From: Haliotis rubra
Lineage: Eukaryota
Reading direction: 5' to 3'
Assembly: GCF_003918875.1 (NCBI RefSeq)
Contig: NW_025767734.1
Coordinates: 372,001 to 436,000 of the forward strand
Length of the DNA stretch: 64,000 bases
The translations under genes were made by a program, and so were the position numbers. The notes below the pieces were generated by a model. The model saw only the letters and a program-made list of their open reading frames with translations, searched no databases and was not told the origin of the DNA. Below, piece by piece: positions 24,265 through 36,600 of this stretch (the stretch's first letter is position 1; each line of letters begins with the position of its first letter).

Positions 24265-27146
24265 CAGAACAGACAGTTTAGCAGTGACTGGGCTATACAT
24301 GACAGCACATTCTCTAGCTGGCAGCCCTCACCTCAATTTCGTTCTATACGCTCTCCTGGAGGCGCCGTCAATTCTTGTCTTCTGCTTCATGGTCGACAGG
24401 TACAATCTTTCCATCAACTGACATTATGAATGAATTATGTACGTTCAGTAAACGTTCAGTAAATGTTCAGTATACCTTCACTGAATGGAGCCTGCATGAA
24501 CCGGAACCTGTGCAGAGTTTCACCTTCATACACATGTACCAACATACACGTATACAAAGCTGGTTTACCATTATCGTGCCCACAGTGGAATAGATCTGTA
24601 TCATATTGAGCTTTCTCCTCACATCAAACTCACATGTCGGGATAACTAACATTTCCTTCACGGTAACAGTAATATATCGTTCACACCCTCACTCACTCAT
24701 TGAGTTCATAATCAAGAACCCGTGAAGATCCGGGGTAGAATAGGTCTTCAGCAACCCATGCTTGCCACAAAAGGCGACTATGCTTGTCGTAAGAGGCGAC
24801 TAACGGGATCGGGTGGTCAGGCTCGCTGACTTGGTTGGCACATGTCATCGGTTCCCAATTGCGCAGATCGATGCTCATGCTGTTGATCACTGGATTGTCT
24901 GGTCCAGACTCGATTATTTACAGCCCGCCGCCATATAGCTGGAATATTGCGTAAAACTCAACTCACTCTCTCACTCATAATCCGGAGTGTAATTGTAGCT
25001 GCTAATTGCATTTGTACGGCTGATTGTCTCTGTGTCCATGTTAGTAGAAACAGGTTATTCTCTGGTGTTGATGTTTTACATGTAACAGCATGTAATGCGA
25101 CTGTTGTTTCCATTATTTGTATCTGTGTCCCGTATCGAGCATATTGAACTTGCCCGAGTAGCCCGGATGACCGGTGGAGTGTGAATGTCGTCACAGATGT
25201 ATTTGTGTTACGTTCCACCCTGTTAAGATCCAGTCATCATAACGACATCATTACCATAACAATAAGGAAGAGTGAATTGTTGAATGCCTCAGTCAGGTAT
25301 ATCCTGGCAATATGACGACGACAAATTCATAATCGGCCATGCAAACCATTGACTGAAAGCTTGATCAACATTGTACGATACTTGTACATGATAGGACACT
25401 GTTCTCCTCAATCTGACTCAACCCAACTCCCCCTAAATTTGTTTCAAACGGAACACATTACAGTAATAATGAACAGCAGGAGTACTTTCTGTTATCATTC
25501 GTAATACTTTGTTATATTTGACAGATATGGACGTAAGAAAACAAGCATGACTCTACATGGCATCGCTGGTATATTGCTCTGTTCATGGCCACAATCTGCA
25601 AATTTGTAGCCAGTAAGTCCTAAAAATGAGTATTTATACTCCCTGTGCAATGAAAGTGCAAACATTCAATAATTCTATATGGCATAAATTCTGTATAACA
25701 CTAAATAGATCTACTTTACCACGGGGCTTCAAGCTGCCTTGTTAAGCTAATTTGCGATTTGCTGTATACTGTTGCGCCCGTTGGCAGAAATGTCTGTTCG
25801 TTGGTTCGAATCCTCAATTAGTTTGATCATGTAGGTATGTCAGCACCATACCCATCTGGACTTTCATCCCAAAGGTTTGTATGTTTATTGTTTAATGCTG
25901 CACTCAGCTATGTTCCATAGTTAGTTGCCTCTTACGACAAGCATGGGTTGCTGAGCTCTCATTAACATTAACTCTCATACACCCATATACACATTTATTC
26001 TCAGCAATATAACTAAGTTCAGTAGGTTAGTGGTATATGGTATAACACTCTGGTTTTTCTAACATGTCTTACATCCTGGTTCCAGAAGGCAGCTCATGGT
26101 CTCCGATTGCTGTCACAGCCTTCTCTTGTATCGGGATGTTCGGGGCGTCGGGAGCAATGGGAAAGTCCTACTTCTTCACACCAGAAATGTTTCCAACAAA
26201 TCTGAGGTAAGTCTTCTTTGAAATAACCAAATCTATGCGCTGTACACACCCTTAAATCTCATTAGAAACTAAAATGAACTAATATATATATACTTCCAAT
26301 CAATATACTTCCCATCAAAATTTAGAATAACTAGTGTGAATATAACCACTTACTTCAGGCAACTGTTCTAAACTAAATTAAAATAGTCCATACTGTTTAA
26401 AGGTACTGTTTACACATGAACTGATCTTTAGTAAAAGAAATTCGTAACGTTGAAAAGATTATTGTCATGATTTCAATAAGTGATAAATATTGGCGAATTC
26501 ATACCAAAACTTTACCCTAAAACACACCTGTTCACATGCACGATATTTGCACATGTTTTTGAGCAGTTTGATGCATGATCCTCGTGCAATTCATCTGCAT
26601 AAGGTTTGTAGTTGGTTCCTCCAAGTTAGTGGAGAAATCAATCTTTGATGTAATCATATATACATAACATATAGTGCGTGTTTTAAGTGAGTCTAAACTT
26701 TTGATGGGAAGTATATAAAGACGCCATGATAGGTCTAAAATACTCTGCACCCTGTGCATGGCTCATTCACATCAACTAAGTGTCATATTTACAATATTCA
26801 TTGAGCAATCAGTTCAAAGTATTTATAACTTGGAATTTGTAATGTAGTATTCTGAACTTATCGATGAAGAACGTTTTTGTCACCTTTACATGGAGAATTT
26901 CAATGTATAATTCAAAACACCTGATAAGGATGTCAACGTGAAAATTGATGACAATGTCACAACCGACGACTTAATGGAGTGTTATATTTATAATCTTTTA
27001 TTGAGCTGGATGTTTGTATTGTTGCAATTGCAATAACTTACACGTATGAAAACAACAAAATAACTCATTTTAGAAGTTTTGGACTGGGGACTTCTTCTGC
27101 CTGTTCTCGGCTAGGTGGGATTTTGGCTCCTTTCTCGAGTCCCCTT
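24265..27146 (+). pseudogene. SLC22 paralogue B, pseudogene retaining exons 6-9 only
   Basis: Exon-like blocks 24265-24399, 25525-25612, 26086-26206, 27074-27146 match A/C exons 6-9 and their intron flanks. Exon 7 is 88 nt instead of 86 (extra AT gives a frameshift and TAG). Exons 1-5 and 10 are absent, replaced by transposons. Confidence 0.88.
24718..24977 (+). mobile_element. SINE-like family 2
   Basis: Full head (hairpin module duplicated) and ACTC tail; TSD-like tcataatc. Confidence 0.88.
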
Positions 27147-27189
27147 GTTAGTATGACATTTATCACTATCAACATAATTATTCCAGTTC

Positions 27190-30100
27190 TTAAACAGGGC
27201 AGGGACAGTAGAGACCTTACTGAGTTACATTCTGTAACACCTGTTACATCTAAAAGTGTACAACTTGTGTTATTTCAGATAACACAGCAAATTAAAGGTG
27301 CAAGATCAAAACCAAACAAAAGTGACTTAAATTTGAGCTCAGTAAAAAGTGGGTGTTTTTCAAGGCCATGTAGTGAGAAATCAAATGCCAGTTCTGTGCT
27401 TCAGAGACAAAAAGTGAAGTCTGAAGCTGAAAAAGAAGTTGAATTAGCCGAAGCTGAGTTGGCTGGAATGCAGAAGATATTGCAAGCTGTGGAAAAAGAC
27501 AGATATAATGAAGGGGAGGAAGAAAGACTGACTAATTCACCTCTGCATACACGTATTCAACGTACATCTGAGTTTATCAGTGATCAGCACTCAAGGCATA
27601 ATGTGCCTCATCCCTCTGGAGATCAAGCTAGTAACTTAAACCCAGATGCCAATGCATCCACACCACCAACTGACTTTAGTCAACCCAATCAACAGATGAA
27701 CGTTAATCATTCTGACATTCCACACATTCCACCTCCACGATATGCACCTGAATCGATGTGGGGTTTGTGTTCGGAGCTATACAAATTTCTCATGAAGCAA
27801 GACTTGCTTATCTCAAGATTAACCAAGTTCACTGACAACCCTGAATTGTTCAGAGTGTGGAAATCACGCTTTACGTGGATTATGGATGAACTTGGTGTTT
27901 CTCTTTTAGAAGAGATGGATCTACTCATAAAGTGGTTAGGCCAAGAGTCAAGTAAACAAGCCATTTGTGTCCGAGCCGCTAATGCCCATAACCCTGAAAG
28001 AGGACTGCAGAGAATTTGGGAAAGGTTACATGAACTGGAACTGATTGAATCTTCATTGAAAGCAAAACTGTTGTCGTTCCCTAAGCTTACACCGCGAGAC
28101 CACAGTAAACTTTACGAATCTCTACGAAACAACTAATTAAAAGAATACTTTGGTGTGCCCTATCCTCCCTTCTGTGTTTGCTAGTTTTTAGAAATCAAGC
28201 AAAGATGAGAAATGATCCTAGTCTCTTCTACTTACCTATTGACAACACCAGGAAACCTACTCAACCTGAACCCAGAATATTCACTAAGAATGTCAGTGAA
28301 GTGTGGCTGTGTCCTTTCCATGACAAGGCTGAAGGTCACACACTTAACTACTGCCGCGCTTTCCGAATAATGCCCATCTCAGAATGAAGAGATTTTCTTC
28401 AGAAGCATAACATATGTTTCCGTTGTTGCAACACAGCTGATTACCGATCTCGTGACATTCAGTGTTTCTTCTGTAAGAGTGACAAGCATGACTCAGCACT
28501 TCACATTGAGAAGCCTGATAACAAGCCGTCTTCTCGAAGTGACGGTGGGGAGTCTAAACGACATGAATCTTCCTTGAACGTGAAAGGAGGGGAGTCGAAC
28601 CCTGGCCACAAAGCAAGCATCTGTACCCAGATCTGTGACAACCTGATTGGCGGAAAATCTTGTGCAAAAACTGTGCTCGTAAAAGTGTTTCCTAAACATA
28701 TGCCTGAACAATATATCTGGACTTATGCTGTTTTGGACGATCAAAGCAATCGTTATTTTGCCACGACTGAACTACTCGACAGCTTCAATGAAAGCGGAAA
28801 TTCGGTTAAGTACATACTGGCATCCTGTGCAGGTTCCGTTACCCTTAGCAGACGACTGGCGACAGGATATGTAGTTCAGTCTTACGACGGATCTTCCTTA
28901 TTAGGACTTACTAGTGATTACTGAATGCAACCATATCCCTGATATGCGCGAGGACATTCCAACACCCGCATCTCTGTGACATTTCACCATTCACTTCTGA
29001 TTGGACGAGACTTGCCTGCCGCGCACCATATGCTTGAACAGAGAATAGAATCTCCCAATTAACCATTTGCTCAGAAGTTGAATCTCGGTCGGGTGATCGT
29101 CGGAGAGGTCTGTTTAGGCAAAGTACACAAAACTGACTATGTGACTGTGTAGAGTGCACATGCTGAGAGGTGATCGTGCTACTATCATGAAGCCATGCCT
29201 GAACAATTTCGAATTGAAGGAAAGTTTTTGCCAGGATGTTTTTCAGAGAACTGTTGAAGATCTGAAGTCAGCTCTGTCTGGCGAAGACAACACATTCATG
29301 AATATCATGAACACTGAGTTTTGTAAGAAGTCTGATGGAAACTGGACTGCACCTCTGCTATTTCGATGTGATAGACCACGACTTCCATGTAACATATGAC
29401 AGGCAGTTCATCGTGCTAAACTACTAGATGCTAGTCTGCGCAAGGATCCATTCAAGCGCGATGATATGATAACCTTCATGAAGAAAGTGATCGACAATGG
29501 ACTTGCAGAAATTGCGCCACCACTCAAAAATGATCAACAGTGCTGGTACCTTCCGTTGTTTGGAGTCTACCATCAAAAGATAACCTGGACAAATCCGGGG
29601 TGTGTTCGACTCGTCTGCTCAGTTCAAAGGCGTGTCCCTAAACAGTGTTCTACTCACCGGTCCAGATCTAACAAACAATCTAGTGGGAATTTAACTGCGA
29701 TTTCGAATTTCAACCTTTGCTCTGACAGCAGATGTAGAACAAATGTTATATTGTTTCAAGGTAAAGGAAGAACACAGAGATCATCTGAGATTTATCTCGT
29801 ATAAGGACAGTAATCCACGGAATGAATTCATCAAATACCTAATGACCGCCCATGTATTCGGTAACTCCCCATCGCCGTCAGAAACTTTGTAAATGATGAT
29901 TTATATGTTGATGATGCCTTATTGTCAGGGAATACATAGGAGACAGTCATAAGCTTAATGCAGAGAACTCAGAAAGCTCTGAAAGAAGGGGGTAACTGGA
30001 GACTGCATAAGGTTGCATCAAATAGCATCAAAGTGTTCTCTGCATTTCCCCAAGAAGACTTGGCCAAAGACATCAAATATATCTTGACCTACAAACTGAA

Positions 30101-32180
30101 AATCCTCCACTCCAGAGTACCCGTGAAGGTCCGGGTTAGAATATTGATCTTCAGTAACCCATGTTTGTCGTAAAGGCGACTAACGGGATCGGGTGGTCAG
30201 GCTCGCTGACTTGGTTGACACACGCTGTTGATCACTTGATTGCCTGGTCCAGACTCGATTATTTACAGACCGCCGCCATATAGCTGGAATATTGCTGAGT
30301 GCGGCATAAAACACAACTCACTCATTCAACTCCAGATAGGCTTAGGAATGTGTTGGGACTTGACTTTCGATGCTTTTACATTTCAAGTATCACTTGACAG
30401 CAAACCTTTCACCAGAGGTGGTATATTATCTACACTTCACAGCCTCTATGATCCAGTTGGTTTCTTGGCTCCTGTTGATATTAAAGGGAAAATCTGATGT
30501 CTACATCTACCGAATGGGATGAACCTCTCCCTGATGTCTATCACGCTGAATGGCGCACTTGGTGTGATTCTTTGAAAACATTTGAGAATGTATTTATTCC
30601 CAGACACATTGGCTTCACATATTCTACTACTACAGAGCTGCATATCTTCTCGGATGCCTCCAAATATGCTATCAGCGCTGCAACGTACATGAAGTTGCAT
30701 GATGTCACAGGAGAAAGCCTTGTGAATTTCGTACTCGACAAAGTCAAAGTGACCCGTCACATTGTCAAAAGATTCCGAAGCTCGAACTCTGTGCAGCAGT
30801 TTTGTCAGTTGAGATTGCTGACATTTTGATACAACAGTTATCTTTGCCAAGAGAAAAGTAACCTAAATGCTGAAGAAGTACATCCCATCATTATTCCATG
30901 GAAATCGCACATTTCAAATTTGCTGATTCACCATTTTTATCAGGAACCTGAACACCAAGGCAGACATATCACTGAAGGCGCAGTTAGATCACGTGGATTC
31001 TGGGTCATCGGAGCTAAACGTCTTGTGTCTTCGATCATCAATCAGTGTGTCAAGTGCAGGAAACTGAGGCGTCAACCAGAATGCCAGAAAATGTCTGATT
31101 TACCTTCTGATCGCCTCACTCCGTGTCCACCATTCACATACGTGGGATTTGATACGTTTGGTCCGTGGAAATTACAACACGCCGCATCGTAGGTGGGTCA
31201 TCGAGCAGTAAACGTTGGGCGATACTCTTCACGTGCCTAGTCGCACGTGCTGTGCACATTGACTTAGCGAAAGACACGAGCAGCAGTTCCTTCAGTAACT
31301 ATCTTAGACGATTTATATTACTGCTTTACGAGGCGAAGTGAAACAGTTCAGATCCGATCGTGGAACTAACTTTGTTGGTGCTACTGATTCATTGTGTATC
31401 AATTCCATCAATGTAGAAGAGGAGAAAACTTCCTCTGTGAAAATGGAGTGACATGGATCTTCAACACTCCTTACTCCTCCCATATGGGCGGCGTCTGGGA
31501 ACGGTTGATCGGTGTTGCACGCAGGATAATCTATGCCATGTTACTCAGCAATCAAAGACCACTTACCCATGAAGTGTTGTCTACATTCTTATGTGAGGTA
31601 ACCGCCATAATGAATGCTCGTCCAATCACAGCCGTGTCAAGCGATTCAGAGCAGCCTCTCATCTTATCCAACTCAACTCTGCTCACACAGAAGACCTACC
31701 GGGTACCCAGTTTCTGTGCCAATGGATCTGTAGATGTGAGCGACATGTACAAGTCTAGTGGAGGCACGGACAGGCCCTCGCTGAACAATTTTGGAAACGC
31801 TGACAAAAAGGACAAACATTGTGTTCGCAATGCCTGGCCTCTTGGTGTTATAGAAACTGTGTACACAAATCAAGCCAACCTAGTCAGGAAGGCTTTCCTC
31901 CGTGTATACAAAGACAATAAGTGTGTACTGTACACAAGACCAATTACAAATTTCGTGTTACTTATGTGATTCTTCATATTAAGACTGACAAAAAATGTGA
32001 GAACTGTGATTGTCAATTCTTCTTGACAGCCTCATCTGCAAATGGGATTTAACTTTAATCTGTATTACTTATATTCTATTTATAACTGTGAAGTTTATAT
32101 CCGAAATCAGAAGGGGAGTGTCATACTGCGCAGCGTGAACACGTGTACTTCTCACGGGAAGCACCTTTCTCATACAATTC
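27190..32180 (+). mobile_element. Decayed Bel/Pao LTR retrotransposon (gag-PR-RT-RNaseH-IN)
   Basis: gag (SRLTKFTDNPELFRVWKS...MDLLIKWLG), protease (YAVLDDQSNR), RT (WYLPLFGVYH, LYVDD), RNase H (LHIFSDAS), integrase (HQGRHITEG, CVKC, FTYVGFDTFGP, SHMGGVWERLIG, WPLG). PPT agaaggggag then TG at ~32118. 5' LTR missing; many frameshifts. Confidence 0.93.
30119..30328 (+). mobile_element. SINE-like family 2 inserted in Bel/Pao pol
   Basis: Family head and tail; TSD actccaga. Confidence 0.88.
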
Positions 32181-32404
32181 CTACCCTGCAAATGGTTTCA
32201 AGTTGACAGATACTAGATGAGGTACATCAACAGGTTCTATCTTCCAGCCACGTGGCATGATCCACAGCACATGAAGATGAAGATGACAGTTTGGATAGTA
32301 CCTAAACTGATTATGTGTTTTAAATTTTCTATTTGGAAAAAAATTGTTATTCTGTGATATCATACCGCATTGTTGCTTGTTGTTATGAAAACGATCGGTG
32401 CTGC

Positions 32405-33193
32405 TACTGGACTTTAAATTTCTGTGCATTATTTGATGTTATTCCAATCTTTTAATGCAAAAGATAATAACATGATTTGTGGTGTTTTCCTTAATCAATC
32501 TGTATGATTTGACACTAGGCATCGTGACACGCCCCTGAAGAGATGTGGTCTCAAAAGTCAGTTCACAAATTCAGACTTGACAACGACGACGCATAGACGA
32601 CACTTCGATTGAAGAAAGCTTGGGGAATGTTGTTCCATGTCTGAACCAACGTTTGTTCCAATGGCTGATTCTTGGCTTGACGTAAACGTTGCTCCATTTT
32701 ATCCCAAGCGTGCTCGATATGCGACAGGTCCGGAGAAACAGCTGACCAGGGGAGTACCGGAATGTTCTGCTGTCCCAGGAAATCTGTCACAACACGAGCG
32801 ACATGTGGGCGGGCATTATCTTGCTGAAGCGTGAAGTTACGCCTCTGCCTTTTCATGAACGGCTGCACATGAGGTCCAATGATCTCATCCCTGTATCGCA
32901 GACCCGTCAGATTGCCATTGACAATGACAAGTTGTGTCCAACCATGAGATGTGATGCTCCCCCATACCATAACCCTTTCGCCACCAAACTGTCGACGTTG
33001 AACAACGCCCGCGTCACCTTCAGGATTCAAAAAGTGTACAAAACGTAAGTAAGTTCATATTGTGGACGTGGCACCCGCGATACATGACATCAAATCCCAT
33101 GCTAAATGCTTTGCTACATCTATGTTTCATAACTTTTCAAATAACCTTATTTTATGCAATTTTATGGTGTGTTCAGTTACTTTTTCCGTAAGT
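32405..33193 (-). mobile_element. Tc1-like transposon remnant upstream of gene C
   Basis: ORF 32563-33030(-): FGGERVMVWGSI...QQDNARPH...WSAVSPDLSHIEHAWD; absent upstream of A. Confidence 0.9.
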
Positions 33194-33604
33194 ATATACG
33201 TCACGTAATTAGAGAATCCAAGGCACTTACTTGAACCATTACGGTGTCTGGAAAGTACGACTTTTATAGTATATAAGGAAACGTTTTCATAAAGAGAAAC
33301 AGGTGACAGAAAAATGAATTTTACAGTTTCACTCTACCGCGGCCGTCCTGTTATGTATAGGTTTGGGTAAAGAAATGACAGCGGGGTAATGACCTCTTAC
33401 CTGGCAAGGCTTAGACATCTACAAGGGGGCGGGAATTGCATAAATAGAGATTATTACACTTCAGTTTTCATATCTTGCCCGATATCATCCCGAGACACCC
33501 ATATCTGACCGAGGCCGTGAGGCCGAGGTCAGAGACGGGTTGAGGGAACACAACACAGACATAGAGAACAGGTGGCAGAGTCGGCGGTGTACAAGGGGGA
33601 AAGG

Positions 33605-36600
33605 ATGGCAGACAAAGCTTCTTCAGTTGACCAAGTTCTTGATGCACTGGGAGGTACAGGACGGTACCAACTGTTTCAGTACTTCGTGTGTATGTTCTCG
33701 GCATTGTCAGCGTCCTTCCAGCTTCTCAACATCGTGTTTGTGGGTATGTTGATGTGTATTGAATAACATTACCCATACTCAAGCTGTTTTAACGTTCATA
33801 TCTTCACTTTTCATACGATATAGACATATTGACGTTTCAGAAAACATCACAACCCAAGATATCCCATGTGTTATCATCACTAATGGACTGTGCACTTTCT
33901 GATTCCCGCGGAACGCGACCACGTCAAGTCCCTGCTAACTCCTTCCATGATCGTCTTGGTTTAGAGACATTATTAACAGAAGACAATTTGCTCGTATTAA
34001 CGCTGTAGTTGTCTACTCAGGGAGATCATTATGGATTAGAAGATATGTACAGCTTTTGAGAAGTGCAAACGAATGTTTCCAGCGCTGGGCCTAACCCTAC
34101 ACCCGTTGCGATTGTTGTGTTCAGTGCTGGACCTACAGTCCGCTTGATTTCATTTGAGACCGATGAATTGCTCACTAACACAAAAGCTAATAAATGCAAC
34201 AAAACCAAATTTTGCACAGTCACATGAAATCAACAGACCAACTATGATGATTTGTCTCATAATTTTCGACACACGAATAAAAAAGTTCTTTAACAAACGA
34301 TCATTATCTTGTTGTCACATATCGCTATTTTTACGAGGGGGGACCACTTGCTGGTAGAACAGCCAGGTGTGCTAGTTGCACGTATGAAATTAAAATTTTA
34401 CTACACACGCTTGTTGAATTACCTTTCTGTTCTGTCAGCAAGTGGTCCCCCCTCGTAGAAAATAGCGGTAAGTGACAACAAAATATTTATCGTTTGTTAA
34501 ACAACTTTTTCCCCTCAAAGGGATCGATATTCGCCCCACAGTGATCAACTACAACCTCTGTAGTCAGCAGAGCCCCATCGTTACCGGCGTTACGTTGCAC
34601 CAGTAGGCTGAATACTTGGGGTGGGGGGTGGGTTTGCAACCAAATGGATTCAAGCTAGGAGAGCCCTACGTCGCAAAGCTCCTGACAGAGGGTGATACCT
34701 TCTGGTGTCTACAAACTCAAGTGGACTCTTAACCGCGCGAGAAATGTGGAGTGGTGTCGACCATATCACTGCCTATGATTGACGACAATAGAATTTGCTA
34801 TTGCAATCCAAATAAAGTTTGCCTTCCACGACCTAAGAGACAAATCGGTCTCAGACGGACAAGGCTTCCGTGAGTTTGTACTCACAAATTTTCGTCATTG
34901 GCGACGACGGTCGTCAGATTTGATCATGGTTTAGAACTGGGTTCCTCGTGTACGTGTCCCATTGGCGGTCAACAACCAACCGTGGGATAAATGTACAATT
35001 TGAGACAAAATATGTTGTTGGGGTTGTTTAAATTAAATTTCACAAAACAAAACATAGTTATTATACTTATCCTACCTTCCCCCAACACTCTTACCATCGC
35101 AATTGTACCAGTCTGTACGCTGTACGAAAGACAATGAGTTATCTTGGCACGCCACGTGATCAAGTTTCGCGGAAATAAAGAAGTGGACAGTCCATTGTTA
35201 GCGACGGTTGTCACGGTAACTAATGGGATGTGTTTGAGTGAGGTGTTGTATTTATAAAGCTGGGAACCTGTATTATCTATATACTGTCGTAATTACATCA
35301 TATCCTCAGATACTCAGTATGTTGTTTAAATCGGCAGATTAAATCACGAATATCGAAAGTTTACCGAAGTGATGGGATGGTTCGGGTTAAATGTTTGCTA
35401 TCAGTCTGGTGCCCGTTTGGGGAAGATTTTGTGTCATCAATGTTTTGCAGTGGCAGGAAGGTGGCATAGGTGTTAATGTTTCATCTAATTTTAACACGTT
35501 GTGTTCACTTATGTTTGCTGATGATGTTTCTGCACTTTCTGATACATGTAATCGGTTACAACAGTGAGTGAGTTTAGTTTTACGCCGCTTTTAGCAATAT
35601 TCGAGCAATATTCCAGAAATGGGCTTTATACATTGTACCCAGGTGGGGAATTGTACCCGGGTCTGCAGCTTGACGAGCGAACGCTTTAACCACTAGGCTA
35701 CCACACCCAGTTACAACAGAAGATAAATGCACTTGAAAGTTTAAACAAACTGGAATGTCAATTAATCTTAGTAAAACAAAAGTTCTTGTGTTTAGAAATG
35801 GTGGGCCCTTACGGGAATATGAAATGTGGTTGTAAAATGGTAATCCTATTGAAACTGTATCCTTTCATAAATATCTAGGACCTGTATTTACACCAAAACT
35901 TGTATGGAGTAAAGCTCAAAGCTGTCTGTTATCTCAAGCTAACAAGGCAATATTTTCTATAAATGGTTTTCAAAAAAAGATGGGAAGAGTAAAGTGTAAA
36001 GACTTATTTAAGATTTTTTACTGTATGGTTTCACCTATTTTGTGTTATGGGTCTGAGATTTGGGATACTAACTATTGTAACATCATTGAGTCTATTCAAG
36101 TAAAAGTTTGTAAATATTTCTTGAAATTTGGTAAACATACCTGTAATAATATGGCTGCAAATGACTAAAGTAATTAAATACTGGTGTCACCTATTGTATG
36201 TGCCTTATAATAGACTGCCAAAACATTGTTATATTATGCTCAAGTCCTTAGATGATGCTGGCCGCACTATTTTGTTTTAGTATGGTTTTGGCTATGCATG
36301 GATCCGTCAGGATGTTGGCAATGTTGATTATTTCATATCTTTGTTTAAGCAGAGACTTTCGGATAATCTAAAACAATGTTGGTTCAATTCAATTCAAAAT
36401 TCTAATAAATGTTTTTATTACTCCCACTTTATGACACTTTTAAATATGGAAAGCTATTTAAATTCTGAAATTTAGATGTGGAAAATTTTAATTTAGCAGT
36501 TGAAACTGGAAGATACAATAAAGTTAATTACAATGAGAGATTATGTTTATTTTGTAAATTGAATGACGAAAATGACTAACCGATAAATAACACTAAATGT

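Noticed and set aside
32525-32560. CTGAAGA hammerhead-like motif
   Set aside because: No GAAA after the stem, and it lies inside a Tc1 remnant.
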